DNA of 64,000 nucleotides from contig JAQGDQ010000359.1 in NCBI GenBank assembly GCA_030141605.1, positions 175,242 to 239,241 on the forward strand. Reading direction: 5' to 3'. Shown here piece by piece: positions 63,701 to 64,000 of the stretch. Positions within the stretch are counted from its first letter, which is position 1; each line of letters opens with the position of its first letter. This DNA is from Tubiluchus corallicola. Taxonomy: Eukaryota > Animalia > Priapulida. Below the pieces are notes generated by a model. The model did no database searches and was not told where the DNA came from. It was given only the letters and a program-made list of their open reading frames with translations. A program made the translations under genes and the position numbers.

Positions 63701-64000
63701 AAAACTCCACCACCCTGTAACGTTGACAGTCAGAACATATCTAGTGTAAAACACGAACTCTGTAGTAAGATCCCAAAACAGGTTGAAGCCATTTGGTATT
63801 CGAATTTTCAGGTAACCTAATTACAGTTAAGCAGAGAAATAAGCGGCCAGAGCCATCTGGTGTCAAAATCTTACAAAAAACACACAATGTAATATAAATT
63901 TAAATAAACAGTGCAATAAATCAATAAAGTAATTAGATCATTATTTATGCACACACAACAACATATGAAAGATATATCAAAATAGGTGTTGCGACAATGA
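57777..64000 (-). mobile_element. Gmr1-like Ty3/gypsy element 3, internally deleted; 3' LTR 58990-57777 (1214 bp), 5' LTR from beyond 64000 to 62821
   Basis: TGTGA...TCACA LTR; 18-nt tRNA-Leu PBS TGGTGGCAGCGGTGGGAT (62817-62800); PPT AAAAGGAGAGAGA near 59008-58996. Confidence 0.94.
59268..62201 (-). CDS. Gag-protease-(integrase Zn-finger stub)-RT connection-RNase H fusion, 977 aa
   Basis: CYSCGELGHKRNQC; RDTGA...LLGND; AHDNKMAGHLG...TWP joined to QPNK...FPRPQNKKQVRAYLGLVGFYRRFIP; TDAS, TDQRSL, ADALSR. No YxDD and no DDE core. Confidence 0.92.
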   Translation of the reverse strand: MAANAYTENELNILKVSQLKEIIAECGITVASTATKPVLIAAILQAQLPLNMTQPALTQAIQGLGDADLDGGTYVETNLNAATPVNPISGGVKRKPTVATRLEHTPPPDLSFMVDDITDGMQQLPPSERYSVMITLEKLRSEERRAVKQMEMQMQMDKELRIKQLEHQERVELEKLRAELARIEIAPTLLQVANPSPPVNPQLHAPIQRIKMRVFDENAEDIDDFLSQFESTAAANKLPQDVYAASLGPALTGKASIAFHQIPPEQMSNYDAVKKALLAAYVLTSESYLKRFRAIKKRANETFQQVGRRLVRAYNEYRNAEDADSVDKVVELVCKEQVLTLMSRDMCEWVRRQDLHSFDDVVEKADLYQASVMSIQGGLKVMQPHTFKKGFKQPMHDGSSLARGRSTYSGSNVKCYSCGELGHKRNQCRRSMAGAEATGKGRSTMGRNFLAKGDAKKTQEGGSRKTTKKLRNIIASSEDEYCCWASVNGKNVKCMRDTGACTSLVHPDLVRPEQYVDESTRTIKCVHGDSKEVRMAIAEVESPMVSGYLTVAVSGDLPVDFLLGNDFRTAVTPFPAKRSKNFQCVPKPASTATVANMDSSCQFKKHAMKQDENSSGDKLHTALVVTRSKAAKLQNLEKRDKTLQQEFLQDRIKAPPLTEHESKQNQMHLTVLSKSQLHQEQVDDVTLRNLRDNARTEEIVRKEGKGYYLREGVLYYLACERPSLEPRELLVVPKTRRLEVLSLAHDNKMAGHLGIGKTTKRVLQEYTWPQPNKILRIHNFPRPQNKKQVRAYLGLVGFYRRFIPMFSTKAAALFQLLEKSAPTKVEWTEACERSFVELQDCLGSDTVLHSPDFMKPFMLTTDASLSGVGGVLSQEQSEHGELPITDLSRKLTVTERNYSVVEVECLAVVYCVEKLRYFLEGRHFTIRTDQRSLLALPRIKRNNRRLCHWLLILQEYSYTVENIPGRMNVVADALSRL

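Overview
AT-rich, intron-rich invertebrate (metazoan, probably lophotrochozoan-like) genomic DNA, not prokaryotic. Host genes: the last three coding exons of a RETSAT-like gene (+, ends 8688); two tandem 10-exon amidase-signature paralogs on the minus strand (9824-19340, frameshifted twice; 21238-30324, intact, 521 aa); and one cysteine-rich exon resembling ITG-like/prohormone-3 (53704-53824). The rest is mostly mobile DNA: three large Ty3/gypsy elements (34869-40468 minus, decayed; 40543-46373 plus, near intact; 57777-64000+ minus, Gmr1-type with an in-frame internal deletion), an older gypsy relic, two related solo LTRs, a tRNA-derived SINE, LINE fragments, many MITEs and minisatellites. Two observations stand out. 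(1) The 40.5-46.4 kb gypsy element has no tRNA PBS; its PBS position is complementary to the predicted 5' end of its own transcript (Tf1-style self-priming), and it has non-TG/CA ends and a partial-tandem structure. (2) An LTR at 55.2 kb is joined to a 55-nt copy of a mature tRNA-Ser (CCA present, anticodon read as GGA), which looks like a fossilised plus-strand strong-stop intermediate. Coordinates were counted by hand and no database searches were run.
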